Source: the human T2T-CHM13v2.0 reference genome, Homo sapiens. Taken from it: 64,000 nucleotides of DNA. This document shows positions 24,220-38,182 of the stretch, one piece after another. The position numbers and the translations under genes are program-made. Below the pieces are notes generated by a model. It made no database searches. It saw only the letters and a program-made list of their open reading frames with translations, and was not told the DNA's origin. The stretch's first letter is position 1, and each line of letters opens with the position of its first letter. Location of the stretch: the NCBI RefSeq assembly GCF_009914755.1, contig NC_060927.1. One strand, written 5' to 3'.

Positions 24220-24620
24220 ATTCTGTCAGCGTCTACAATTCACAACCCTTTCACACCTGACAATGGGCCCTGTGACCTCTATGAGCCAAATCACCCAGGC
24301 TCCCTTTATCTTTTGCTTATAGTTTGCTTTGACAGGATATAAAAGGTGGGGAGAATGGAGAGTTAGGAGTACTTCTTCTCTCCACTCCTTTCCTACTTGG
24401 TCACAGTCCTGGGAAAGATTTCATTGTTCTAACAACACATCTCTTGGGTAAATTCTATTTCATAGCTCTAGCTCTTATCCCTCTAGTTTTTGAGGTAAGT
24501 GATATCTTCCCATTATTGCTAGACCCTGGGTCTGCTGGTTAGTTCTCTTAACCCTATCCATATTCACTAAATTGTTCCTTTACCTGATATTCTCACACCA
24601 TTCTCAGTATGCAATCCAAT
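24220..24620 (+). mobile_element. Ancient ERVL LTR, LTR33-like
   Basis: TGACCTCTATG...ATCACCCAGGCTCCCTT and TTGCTAGACCCTGGG...CTTAACCCT motifs; highly diverged. Confidence 0.55.
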
Positions 24621-24669
24621 TTCTACTTCAACCCAGCAAGTATATTCCCAAAGAGAAGAATTTAGGCAC

Positions 24670-24860
24670 TCATTAGCTGTTTTCACAGTGCTTTATACAA
24701 TGCCTAGAATAGAGAAGCACTCATTAAATGTTTTTGAAATATGTCAATGAATAAATGGAAACAGTATTAGGTTAGCTATGATGCAAGAGAAAAAAATAAG
24801 TATAAACAATGGCCCTTATTCTAACTAATGAAGGTTACAGTCTAAGGGAGAAAAGAATAC
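24670..24860. mobile_element. L2 3' fragments
   Basis: ACAATGCCTAGAATAG...CACTCATTAAATGTTTTTGAA...TGAATAAATG. Confidence 0.45.
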
Positions 24861-25109
24861 AGTAGTTCATACATTCAAGGCTATACTTGGTAAGTAACAA
24901 GTCACAGGCCTCCATGTTCATATTCCAGAAAAGGAACAATCCTTACTATTAGTAAAAAAAAGCTACCTAACACTGTGTTAAATTTATGTGTATATATATT
25001 TACACATATGTGTGTGTGTGTGTATCTACACACACAGAGAGACAGAGAGATTCAGTAATCTCACAAATTTCACATAAGGTAAACAAAGATAAAAAGAACA
25101 ACAAACCAA

Positions 25110-25279
25110 CACTTCCTTGCCTCATGGGTGTGCTGGCAGCTTTGATTAGTTAATATTTATAAAGCACTTTGAAAATGAAAAGTGCTAAACATTATCTAAC
25201 AGCTCGGTAAATGCAAATTTGTCAGGTCTTATGAAATTTAACAGAAATTAGAGAGTGACAAACTACACACACACACACA

Positions 25280-25313
<34 letters not shown>

Positions 25314-25660
25314 AGTTCAACCAAGGCTTTGCATTTAGAGGGGCCAGATGGGGAAGAAAATACTTTTTCCCTAGGGCAGAGAATCAAGCTAATCTATACC
25401 CCACCCCTACCCCCACTCCCACCAACACACAGGCTGCAGAAACGTTTAATTTAAAGCCTGAAAGATAATGCACTTTGTAACAGCATGTAAATCAATGTTT
25501 TATTAAAGCCTGTTAATTACAATGCAGAAAAATGCAAATCGCAATAAAACACATCAGAAGCGGATTCATCCCTGCTCTGTTCTCAGTGGAGCAATTACCA
25601 CACACCTTGCTTTGGCAGGTTGGGGTAGAATTTAACTGGGCTGGGGTCGGGGGTAGTTTT
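25110..25660. promoter_or_regulatory. Candidate developmental enhancer (motif cluster)
   Basis: ATGCAAAT at 25211 and 25532, ATGTAAAT 25485, GTAAATCA (PBX-HOX-like) 25487, TTTTATTA and CAATAAAA (HOX13/CDX-like), TAATTA. Motif evidence only. Confidence 0.35.
25265..25311. repeat. (CA)n microsatellite
   Basis: Direct inspection; one TA interruption. Confidence 0.95.
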
Positions 25661-26684
25661 ACCTCTTGCCTCTGGAAACTGCAGAATCTTCCAATCATTT
25701 CACTGCACCACTCAGAAGTACAAAATATCCCCCCCGGCCATTTTTTTAAGTTGTATTTTTAAAATGCTTATGCTTTCCTCTTCGTTGACTTTAATATGCT
25801 TAGTCTAAGAGGCTTGCCTGGCCGGATAACCTTTTTACACAAAAGAGAGCAACTTACATACCATAGCATTTCTCCGTAACTTGTCCATTAATTAGAAGTC
25901 TTAGATTTAATATCATTAAGCTTGTCCCTTTGTATCATTTTATTTATTCAGAATTTATGTATATAAACTAGACATTCGATTAAATAGCCAGAACCATGGC
26001 ATTAATTTTTCAGCTGTTAGGTCAGGATATGAGCTCAGGTTTATTGAGGTGTTTTTATTTGTCATAGACAGGAAAAAGGCATGTAGGTGACAAATCCTCC
26101 TTAAAGAGTACTGGAATAACGATAAATAATATCTACTGAAATTGAATGCAAACATACAGAAAATAAGGGGAAAAGTAAAGGAATCGAGAGAATGCAATAC
26201 CAAATGAATTCTAAGAAACACTGTATGAAAAAATATATTAAAAAAAATAGTAAACCAATTCTTCAACTGCCTTGAAAGTGGAAGTTTTTAGTAACTAAGG
26301 TAGAGAGGAAGAAGCAGAAGCTATTATTGCCATTATAATCCATAATCTTATTTTATACTGGAGTTTGTGGAACTCTTTCATTTTGAAGGAGGCCTTAAAA
26401 GGCTTCACTGCTATGCATTTTGTTAAATAAATAAGGCATAATAAATAAACTACAGATAATAATATATCGTACAAGCTCTAAAAAGTTAAATAGGCCTTTA
26501 AGGCTCAGTGATTTTTAATATGTTAAGCAATTGGGTATCCATGACAAAATAAACTGAAATTGCTGCAATTTTATATGGCTGATACTTTGAACACTTAGCA
26601 GTTAAGTGAACTTTCAGTGCATATAGTTTATGTTATTTATGAGTAATAGAATGCATATGATAATCAACTTTTCCATTTCTCAAG

Positions 26685-26765
26685 CAATGGGTTTTAAAGA
26701 TCAAATGAGACACCGTATGTGAAAGTGACTTAAAACTGTAATGAACTCTACAAATATTAGGTTTT
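26685..26765 (+). mobile_element. MIR-family 3' fragment
   Basis: AAGATCAAATGAGA...TATGTGAAAGTG...AAACTGTAA. Confidence 0.5.
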
Positions 26766-27486
26766 ATTTGGTGTTTCAAATAATGTAATACCTTTGGAAA
26801 AAGAACAAAATATCTACCTATTCACATTTAAATGTCCAAGCCAGTGATAATAATCATTGTCACCATTCTTTCTTGTGATTTAATCAAACATCCTTTCCCA
26901 ATCCATGTCTTCATATTAAAACAACCTGTAAGCAAAGATTCCCCCCAACGCACACATACCCGTAAGAAAATAAAGGGTACGAGGGAGAGGAGCATGTTTC
27001 TTGTCTGGCATCTCTGAGTTGTGCTTCTGTTTTATTCTTCAATTTGGAACTTTCTGAGAATAGGCAACTAACAGAGAAATTTTCTTGTATGCAACTACAT
27101 ATTTCTTTAAAATATGTGGTTGTGTAATAAGTGAGTAATTCCCCAAAAGTGGCTATCTCTCATGTAATTATCTTCCCCACTCCCAATAATTATAATGGTC
27201 CTCAATACTCTAATAATTTTATGAAGAATAAAATACTGGTGTCCTAAGTTACTTATCAGAATGTACTTTCCTGTATAAATAGTATTATGAATGGTAGCTA
27301 CATATATATTTAAAATACTTCCATTGACTCCATGTATTAAGTGTGTGTCTATGTGTGTATATACACACATATGTAATTTCGTTAGTTTTCTGAGGTTAAT
27401 ATTGAACAAATTATTAATTTAATTATTTGCTTAATAAACTTTTTAAAATTTGTAATACAACTTTACAAATCAACTGTTTTTGTGTA

Positions 27487-28009
27487 TGTCATGCCAAGTG
27501 TCAGGTTCCAGACCATGCTAAGGTCTGAGGGGAGTGGGTGGATGAGTGGAGGACAGATGAAATAACACTCAAGCGGGGCCATGGGCAGGTGAAATGTGGT
27601 TTTATTCAGCAGCTCTCTTACACTATCTGCCTTTGTCTTGGCTGTCTGCTCTGGTTGCAGCCACTCTTAGCAGCAAGCTCTGAGGCCCCTATGACTCCCA
27701 CACATACAGCTGCACTCTCCGGCACACTTGCTAGTTCCTGGCTCCCTCCTGTCCATCTGCAAGAAGCAAGCTGTCTTTTATAGGGTCAGCACATTTCTTT
27801 CTCTCTCAGGGCATGTGCCGCATGTACAGTGTCAGGAGGGCAGTTATACCTTTTACAAAAAATAGTGGCTTCGAGACAAGTATGAGCTTACACAAACAAG
27901 TTATATAACAAGAGGAGTTGTGCACCTGCACTCCTAACTTGCTGAGTCATGCAGGCCTGGATGTCTGCCTCCACCTATTCTTGACCAAAGCACATCCATT
28001 TACCTTACA
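27487..28009 (-). mobile_element. LTR18-family solo LTR (LTR18B-like, HERV18/ERVL)
   Basis: Reverse strand begins TGTAAGGTAAATGGATGTGCTTTGGTCAAG; TG...CA ends; 5-bp TSD GTGTA/GTGTG. Confidence 0.85.
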
Positions 28010-28039
28010 GTGTGTTTAGTCCATTTGTAAATTGAGAAA

Positions 28040-28165
28040 TATTTATTCAGCAAAATTTATTATAAGGATACTTTGAGCACCATATTCTTGGTCAGACTAC
28101 CATTCCAGGGGCTGTGGTAGTAGTGTAAATAAAGTATCATGCTCACTAACATCTACTTCCAACTG
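28040..28165 (-). mobile_element. L2 fragment
   Basis: ATTTATTCAGCAAAATTTATT...GAGCACC...AGGGGCTGTGG. Confidence 0.45.
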
Positions 28166-28952
28166 GAATGTCTTCACTATTTACCTGATGGCAATTCTTC
28201 CTTTGATTAGTCCCCAGATCCTGCAGAGACTACATGCCATGGTCAATAGCAACTGTGTTCCTCAAATGTATATTAACTTAACCTCTGTTTTTATAAATGA
28301 AATATAATCAGGCAATAACTAGCAGTTATATTTATTTTCTCAATGTCAACTTATATAGTCTTATTCTTTATTTTTGTTTTTATGCATTAAAATAATATTA
28401 AAAACAGTGTTTAATCAATGTTGTTTTAACAAATTGAAATAATAGCCCAAATGAAAATTTTAATTCTTCCATTCTTTAGGCTAGATTGCATTGGATATTT
28501 TTCTAAATGCAAAGAAGACCTAAGTATAAATTTTATAATTGTAGCTAAAATGTAACATAAGAGAATGAGAATGTCATGCTTACTGACTCCAAAAATATTC
28601 CAAATGTTATTTTTATTTTCTTCCTTCTCATTTCATTAACATTATTTAATAAACCTACTTCAATATTTAATATTTGATAATTGATAAATATTTCTTTACC
28701 TATAGCCTCATGCTAAAGTTAGCTATGATAACTTTTACTACAAGATATGTATACAAGTTGATAGCATTTCTCCAAATACATATGACAACTGAGTTTCAAC
28801 CTAAAATATTTCTATTTTAAAAAATCAGAAATTTTACATGAGATTCTTATTTTGACCAAAATGGAATAAGTCTTCCACTGAAACAACTTCTAAAATTTAA
28901 ATATATACCTATATATATTCATACATGCACATATATAATATGTATGAAACAA

Positions 28953-29099
28953 TATGGCTTGACTCATTTGTTTGCCATCTCTCAGGGATCACTGTCCTAT
29001 ATTGCCATATAAACTATACGTTTTTCAAGGCATTGAACATCATCAGGCAACATAGGACAGTGATCCCTGAGAGATGGTGAACAAATGAGTCAAGCCATA
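28953..29099. repeat. 54-bp inverted repeat with 39-bp spacer
   Basis: 28953-29006 is the reverse complement of 29046-29099, 51/54 matches. Confidence 0.95.
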
Positions 29100-29423
29100 C
29101 TATTGGCTGAGCTTGCTGCATGTAGTTTCTAGGCTGTAGTGCAGGGAAGAAAACTGAGGCAGGACCCAGCATGCGGCCTGAGTTGAAGAGACTGAGCTAG
29201 AAGTGTGGAGTCACCAAGTTGGCTAAAGTTCAAAAGTAGATTACTGAAGATGAGGGAACTGCACAAAGAAACTCCAGCAACATGCAGAAGATCCCCTGTG
29301 AGTGCTTGGTCTTGCCTAACAAATCTTAAAAGCAAGACCAAAGCAGGTTAAACTTTTTGTAAGTAACTCAGCTGAAGTCCAGAAAAAAAGCTGAGGCATA
29401 TTTATAGAAATACAAAAATATCT

Positions 29424-29700
<277 letters not shown>

Positions 29701-32380
29701 CTAGCACCCAAGAAGGCAAAATTCATAATAATTGGCATCCAGTTAAAAATTGTCACACATGCAAAAAGCAGAAAAATGTGACCCAAAATATGGAAAAAAC
29801 ACCAGAATTTAAAATAACCCAAGTTTAAAATAACCCAGAATTGATAGAAATAGTAGAACTGAATTAAAGACAAAAATATTGAGAGAAGTATTCATTCTAT
29901 ATTTCACACATTAAAAAAGTTAAGTAGACACAAGTGAGATACAAAAAAACCCAAATCAAAATTTTAGAGATTAAAATGAAAATGTCTGAGATGAAAAATA
30001 CTTTGACTAAGATAAATGGCTGATTAGACATTCCAGGAAAAAAGATTACAGAAATAAAATATGTAGGCAAGAGCAATTATCCAAAATGAAACATAGGAAG
30101 AAAAAATAATTAAAAGAAATAAACAGAACAGCAGTGGGCTGTGAGACAACTGCAACAGCCTAACACCTGCAGTTGGAGTCCACGAGGACGGGAGAGAGAG
30201 AGATCAGATACATTATTTAAAGAAAAGCTAAATGTTTTCCAAATTTGAGGAAAAGTATATGTCCACATATCTAAATAGCTAATAAACTCAAAACACAAGA
30301 AACAAGAAGAAAATTATGCCAAGGCACATCATAATCAAATTGTACAAAACAAATTATAAGAGAAAAATCATAAAAGCAGTTACAGAAAAAGAATCATGTC
30401 CAGAGGGAAAAATAAGAATAACTGTAGATTTCCATCAGAAACAATATAAACAAGAAGAAGGTGAAATAACACTTTTAAAGTACTGAAAGCAAAAATCTGT
30501 CAACCTAGAATTCTTACATTGAGTAAACATACTTTTCAAAATGAAGAACTAAGGACATTTTCATACATTAAAAATGGAAAGTATTCATCAGAAGCAGATG
30601 AACATGCTCAGAAACATTAAATAAAATTCTTTACATTGAAGGGAAATAATAAATGTATATCTGGGTCTACACAAAGGGATTAAGAGTACCAAAAATAACT
30701 GAGTAAATATTTAAAAAATGTCTTTATTATTTAAACCACTTTAAAAAGATAACTGACTATTAAAAGCAAGAATACAATATATTGTAGAGTTTACAATGTG
30801 TAAAAGTAAAATATATGACAATAAAGCCTAGGAGGGGAGACATACAAGTATACTGTTGTAAGGTTCTCATTCTATATGCGAAGTGGTATAATATCATGTG
30901 AAGTAGACTATGACAATTTAAAGGTGTGTGATACAAACCCAAACCAACCACTAACACAGCAAAACAGAAAGTTATAGCTAATAGCTTACAAAGAAAGGAA
31001 TTACTAAAAATACTGAATAATTAAAAAGAAGGAGAAAAAGAGAATAATGGGAAGAAAACATAGTAGAGTAAATTTAAAAAAAAACAAAAAACAAGATGAT
31101 AAATGTAAACGCAATCGTATCAATAATTTCTCTAAATATAAATGGCCTAAATACCTCAAATAAATGCGCCACTTAATATACCCAGGTTCTCAAATTTTCA
31201 TTTGTTCAAAACAAACCTATAAAGAGACTGCTGCTATCATGACATTTTACAGATGTTCAGTGAAATTGTATCATTTCCTTTGTTTTTGTTTGAGGTAACT
31301 AGCAACCCTAGACCCTAAGAATCAGAATAACTGCCTCCTATAGGGGAAATGCTTTAGATGTCTAAGACTATTACAGTCAGCTTCTACGATCATGTCATAA
31401 ATATTATCACAGGAAAAGTGTATATTTATTCACACTGATAAGTGTACACCCTATGGAAACCATATCTTATTGGTTTATATATTTGTGATAATTTTAAAAT
31501 TATGCTGCCAAATCTCTAATTCTAAATTTATTGTCTACACAGTCCATTTGTTTTCTGGAATCAAGTTTTCCCCACTGAATGCAGTTCCTCAAATAAACGT
31601 GGCCTTACTGATTAGTATAATCACAGACAGTATACTCAGAGAAATTTCCCACTTAATGTGAGAATAATTAATCAGTGTCTACATTATCCTTACCACATCT
31701 TGCTCATGCATAAGTGCGTTCATTCATGTTCTTTGGCTTACAAATTGAAGATTAGCTGGCAAATGGAATTGAGTTAAAAATGTGACTTAGGCAGGTAACA
31801 AATAAGCAGATGTTGAATTGGGGATGTAAAGTGTGAAGTCAAAGGCATCAGGCAAGGTGTAAACAAAAGTTGTGATCTTAGTACCAACTCTGCAAAACAT
31901 TATCCTTTAGAGTAGAAAATTGATGTTACATTGAGACCTGGTATGTGGTAAGCACTGTCTATTCATAGCCTCTTTTAATCCTCACAGAGTAAGATACTTC
32001 TGAAATTTTAATTGGTGAGGTTTCTATTCACAGTATTCCTTTCTATCTTCTGGCCACCTCCTCATTGAGCCAGTCATTTGAATGTTCGCTACTCATAGAA
32101 AGGATGACACACAAGATCACAGAAACAAAGGATGATTCTTGACTTTTGGATTTCAAACATAGGGCTCAAGGACGTGTGAAAACTTATGCAATATAACTAT
32201 ATTAGGTAAAAATGATGAAGGAGATAATCTGCCCATTGAGGGACTCTAAAGGAGGTGAGGAGATGAGAAAAGATGCAAGGGATATAAAGAGAAAAATGGA
32301 GATTGGTCTGGATTAGGACGAGACCAGACTTATAGGAAGCTTGTGGAAAGGAGAAAAGTCACCATCCAGGGATCACTTAC

Positions 32381-32493
32381 CTTCACTTTAAGGCACACCA
32401 TTCAGTGCCAGTACCAAGAAGCTCCATAAGAGCAGAATCAGTGTTCACAAACTGTCTAGGCTCCATCTGAATAAGCACACTCACCAACAGGAC
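32381..32493 (-). ncRNA. Candidate non-coding exon (113 bp)
   Basis: Minus strand TTTTGTATTTCTTAG|GTCC...AAAGTGAAG|GTAAGT: strong acceptor and consensus donor in unique DNA. Confidence 0.4.
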
Positions 32494-32851
32494 CTAAGAA
32501 ATACAAAAATTTTCATTTCTAGTGGCTTTCACTGAGGACTTCACTTTGATGGTAGTCAATGTCATACCAGCTGGCTATTCAGAGAGTTGTTTTCCTATAC
32601 TTTGCCTGATAGATCCCTGCCTAATTTCACTGCCACTTTTCACCATCAAAGTAGACCTTTACGTCTTTGGTTTCTGGACTTGAGGAAGGCTCCTACATTT
32701 GTACTTGAGTGAGACTTAATGAGTCAGTTTGAGATTTCTCCTAAACCAAGTTAGAGGTAAAACACAACACTATTATAGTCAAAACAGCCAACTGGGTAAC
32801 TGTTGTAATTCTTACAACACAGAGAATAAAACTAGGATTCAGAAGAGTTAA

Positions 32852-33276
<425 letters not shown>

Positions 33277-33534
33277 GCCAGGTTTTAAATATCTCCTAAG
33301 CTTCTGAATTATAAAATAAACAAACTAAACTTCTAAGTAATTCATGGAAGAAAGAATAAGCAAAATTGTTTATAAAAATATTTAGGATAATATGAGGAAT
33401 TAGTAGAGAGACCCTGCACGTTCTGTATCATAAAATAATAAAATAAACATTATGCCAAAGTCTTTGAAATTCCAATTAATAAGAAAATTTTATAGAGCAA
33501 AATAATTTTCAAATTCCATTCAATAGTTGATTAG

Positions 33535-33763
33535 ACCAACGATTGAAAATTTTGTCCTATAAAGAGCCAGATACTAAACACTTTACTCTTACAGGCCATA
33601 GTCTCTGCCCCAACTACTCAACTTTGCTACTGTAGTATGGAAACAGCCATAGACAATATTTAAAAAATGAGTGTGGCTTTTTCCCACTAAACTTTATAGC
33701 AAAACCTTGTAGAGGGCTAGATTTGGTTTTTAGGCTTTTAGGCCCTAATTTGACAATCTCTTG
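33535..33763. mobile_element. MER58A (hAT-Charlie non-autonomous element)
   Basis: TAAAGAGCCAGATACTAAA...CAACTACTCAACTTTGC...CAGCCATAGACAATA. Confidence 0.75.
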
Positions 33764-34014
33764 ATTAGAAAATAGCTGTTATAAATATACTCAAAAATAT
33801 ACATACATAATAAACTGTATTTCCAGGTCATTTTAAAAGTGAGTTTGCCAAATCCTGAAAGAACGGATGACCTCAGATGCAACTATTCCTAAGTAAAGAA
33901 AAAACCTGTAAGATTCAAAATTCTTTTATGTTAGCACAAGCTTTACATCAAAGCTAGATAAAGTACTATGGGATTGGGTGATTCTAGACCAATTTCACTT
34001 AGGAATAAAATGTC

Positions 34015-34760
34015 ATAAGTAATTAGTAAACCAAATCCAGCCATATATTTCAAAAAGAACATAGCACAACCAAATTGAGTTTACAGAGATTAAAATAGGG
34101 AAATCATATGAACATATTAAAAATGCAAAAAAGAATCAAATATAAAATTTGGATGTGATAAAAACTCTTAGCAAAGTAGGAATAGAATGTAAATACCTTA
34201 TGCGGTAAAAAATACAGACCAAGACCCCACAAAAGTTCTATAGTCAAAGATCAAACTATAAAAGTATTCCCATGAAAATAAGAGACGAGAGAAACATAAT
34301 GAGTACTACTTCAACATTTTACTAGAAGGGCTGGGTAACACAATGAGACAAGATGAGTTAGATAAAGATCAGAAGGAAAGAACCCAAATTATCATTATAT
34401 CTCAAATATGTGTGTCTTCAAAAAGAATTCAAGAGAATTTATAGACAAATATGGAAAATGAAAAGAGAGTTCAGCAGGTTTGCATGATATAAACCCAATC
34501 TTCAAAACTGAATAGCACTTTTTAATATCAGAAACAACTAACTTGAAAACATTATACTTTTCAAAAAGCATTCCATTCATAATGACCACTAAATACTATG
34601 AGGATTCTTGGAATAAATACAAAAGTTAGTAAAGGAAAAATCTGAGACAATATTATAAAACTTCACTGAAGAATAAAAATAAAAATGGCATAAATAAGTA
34701 GAGAATAATTCAGTGCTTATGATAAAATAAGACAATATTTTAAAATCGTTGCCCTATTCA
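34015..34760 (+). mobile_element. Ancient L1ME ORF2 fragment
   Basis: AAACCAAATCCAGC, ATAAAAACTCTTAGCAAAGTAGGAATAGAA, TTCAACATTTTACTAGA. Confidence 0.65.
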
Positions 34761-35864
34761 CATACATACAGGCCAAATTAATCTGAATGTATGCTTTAAT
34801 GGTATTAGGTATTCATGTAATACATTCGTTAGTAAATTTGCAATTGTTTTTTTAAATCATCCAAAACAGTATTATTGGTTTCAGTAAAATCCCTTGTACC
34901 ATGCAATCAGTACCAGGGCATAACTCTTCTAATATCGGTCAGATTTTTCAAATGTTTAATACATTCATAAAACATAAAGCACACATTGACATAAGCATTT
35001 ATTATTGTTTCAATTATAAAACAAAATGTTTATTGTAAAATACACAAAAAACATTTTGAAAATACATAAAAGTGCAAGCAAGAGGAAAAAAAGTCACCCA
35101 TTATTTTGCCATCCCTATAAGCAGTGCATGTAGTTTTAGTTTATATTTTTTGTTATTTTTATAGATACATTTATTTTATTGATTTTTATATTTCTTAGAT
35201 AAATGTTTTCAGATGCTATCCTACATTAAAATGGATAATCCAGAAGTGTTAAAGCATGTACTTCTGTAACTAAGCATAAGTCTACTGAGCAGCCATCTGC
35301 TTATAAAGTGTGACTTAATGAATCCGCAGGGCAAAGTCAGTAGTGAGGTGCACTCTGGGGATACCTGCACAGCAAAGTCACAATATACAGGCATTTAAAA
35401 AATATTTTGTTCTAATTTCATTCTTATTAGTAGCTCTCTGCTTGCAAATATTTTTACTCAAAAACAGTTTGAAGTAAACATGTATTGCTTTGACACACAG
35501 CTAATTTTAAATTCATTATTTTTTGTTTTTGCCAGTTACAAATCATTTTCTGTTGTCATATTATTTCAACAGAAAAGGGCAAATCCTATTTCTTTTTTCT
35601 TGAAAACAAGTGACTAAGCCTCCATTCAATGACACACCCATGAGAAATGTTTTGCAATAAATAACAGCTCAAGGGAACTAAAATCCCCAAGTAGAAGTCA
35701 GAAACAGCACTGTTGTCTTGTGCTAAATAACATATTTGGCATGTTGTGAAAACACCAGAACTATGCATACTATATGATCGTGGTTCTCAGTTTTATTTCA
35801 CTTGATCAATTTATTGTGTGTTCTGAGGCATCAAAAGTAATTTATGTTTCTGTACTTGATAAAT

Positions 35865-36230
35865 TGTGGTAAAAACCACTGGTGCTCATCAAGTATCTAC
35901 ATACTCCTTATGTTTTCCTAGCCACAAAGCTTCTAGGTGGGGTCACACAATAAACTTTTGCAATGGAACATCAAAAGAAGGAATGTAGGATGTGTCACTT
36001 GTTACCGAAGCGGTTAAGAATGAGCATTTTCTATCCTCCCTCTTTCTTCACAATTAGAAACCAAGTACACATAGGTCACAAAGTTCTAAAAGGAAACAGC
36101 CTAAGTTCTTAATTCTTGAAAGATAATTGTGCTGCAGAACCTCCTGTTCTTCGTGAAGAAATAAATAATATTTTTGATGAGCCAATAAAAGATAGGTATT
36201 TCTTTCTTACTACAGTGTAGTCTAGTTGGA
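35865..36230 (+). mobile_element. MLT1 (I/J-like) MaLR LTR
   Basis: TAGGTGGGGTCACA...CAATGGAA...TGTGTCACTT...GAAATAAA...AGCCA; diverged. Confidence 0.55.
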
Positions 36231-36320
36231 TCGTTTGGCATTGTTGTATTGTTTTGTAGTAGTTCAAGTGTGTGTGTATAGGAGAATGCATATGGAAACT
36301 GAGTAACCAGAGGAAAAGAT

Positions 36321-37198
36321 TGTGCCCATTACCAATTTATCTCCTCTCAGCTCCAAATTTACTCCCTGGTGCTGGCTCTGACATAATGACTTAGACTCTA
36401 AACGTTTCTTCTTAACAGCGAGAATTATGTTATTTTTCATCAATAGAGGGCGGAGAGAGATATTACGTGAGAAAGGGACCGCTCTTCCTGTTTCTGGAGT
36501 GCTCCACTAGTGAAGAGAGAGAGAGAGAGACAGAGAGACAGAGAGAGAGAGAATGTGTGTGTTCACATCCAGGGTCATCCTACCCCAGCTGCACACCCAG
36601 AATGTACTGTCCCTCAGCAACTTTGCAGCAGCCCAGGTTGGGGCCTGGTGACTATCACCAACTCCATTCCAGTATCTCTCTGAGCACTCCCAGCACAACA
36701 CAACTTCAGGAAGACTGTGTTGGAAGAGTTGTTTCCTGCAGGCTTCCCAACCTTACACACCAGCAGGCCTCATGCCATTGCCAGCTACTGGGCTCCTAAC
36801 ACTTGATTCCTTTATGCCTGCCTGCCACCCAGTCTCCATTCGACTGCACCTAAGGCTGTTTCCTGCTTTCATTACAACTTTGAACCAGCACTGGCCTATA
36901 GGTTAACTTGGCTTACCTACTCTGACTGGTAGGTGAACTTTCCTACAAGTCAGTAGATTAAAACTGTACCTTTTCCATTGAGGTCTGAATCCCAGTTGCT
37001 GGAGGTGGTGGTGGTAGGGCAGTTCTAAGTTGTCCTTTCTTATGTAGTCTCATCCAGCTGTACAAAGCCCTTCAGAGTTCTCTTTACATCTTTAATGTTA
37101 CTCCCCTATTATAGTTCAATAATTGCTATATTAAACCTTCCCTCATCAAATTATTATGCAGTTTTTATCTGTCTTGTGATTGGCCCTAGACTAAAACA
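36321..37198 (+). mobile_element. LTR50/LTR41-like ERVL solo LTR
   Basis: CCTCTCAGCTCCAAATT start, CAATAGAGGGCG motif, end ATATTAAACCTTCCC...TGATTGGCCCTAGACTAAACA. Confidence 0.65.
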
Positions 37199-37828
37199 CT
37201 AGCCTAACCTAACTAATGAGCAAGTTATAGTAGGGAGATTTCAAATCAGAAGAATAAACCCTAGGAATAATTTAGATTACATGCTATAGAATACATTGTA
37301 GATTATTACACTTAAGCTCAAACAATTCTCTTAAATTCCAAATTGAAAATAATTTTGTATTAAAAGAAAATACACATGGGAGTCAAAAATGGGCTACAGA
37401 TTGAATTTGTGTCAAGGTAAGGGCGTTATAGCTATCCCCTTGTGAGCTATTTGGGGACGGTCTCAACATGAGACATTTTTGTACCAAATAATAAAATATA
37501 AATTCAATTAATTTTGAGAGTTAAAATTATGAATCTCTCTCTATATATGTAATTATAATTAAATTTTAGAACTACCACAGACAATAGTTTTATTATTATT
37601 ATTTTCTTGATAAAACAACCTCAGTAAAGTTAATTTTAAGCCTGAGGTCACACAGCTTTACTCCATTACACAGTCAAGAAAATGGAGAGATAGCTATGTT
37701 AAATAATTTTCCCATGTTACTACCAATAAGTGTCAGAGAGAGAGAGAGAAACTCCTACTCCAGAGCCTTAATTCTTAACCTTTAAGTTACATCACATCCT
37801 GTAGTGGTCCCAAAGGAATTGTTAATCA

Positions 37829-38165
<337 letters not shown>

Positions 38166-38182
38166 TTAAATGAATGATATCT

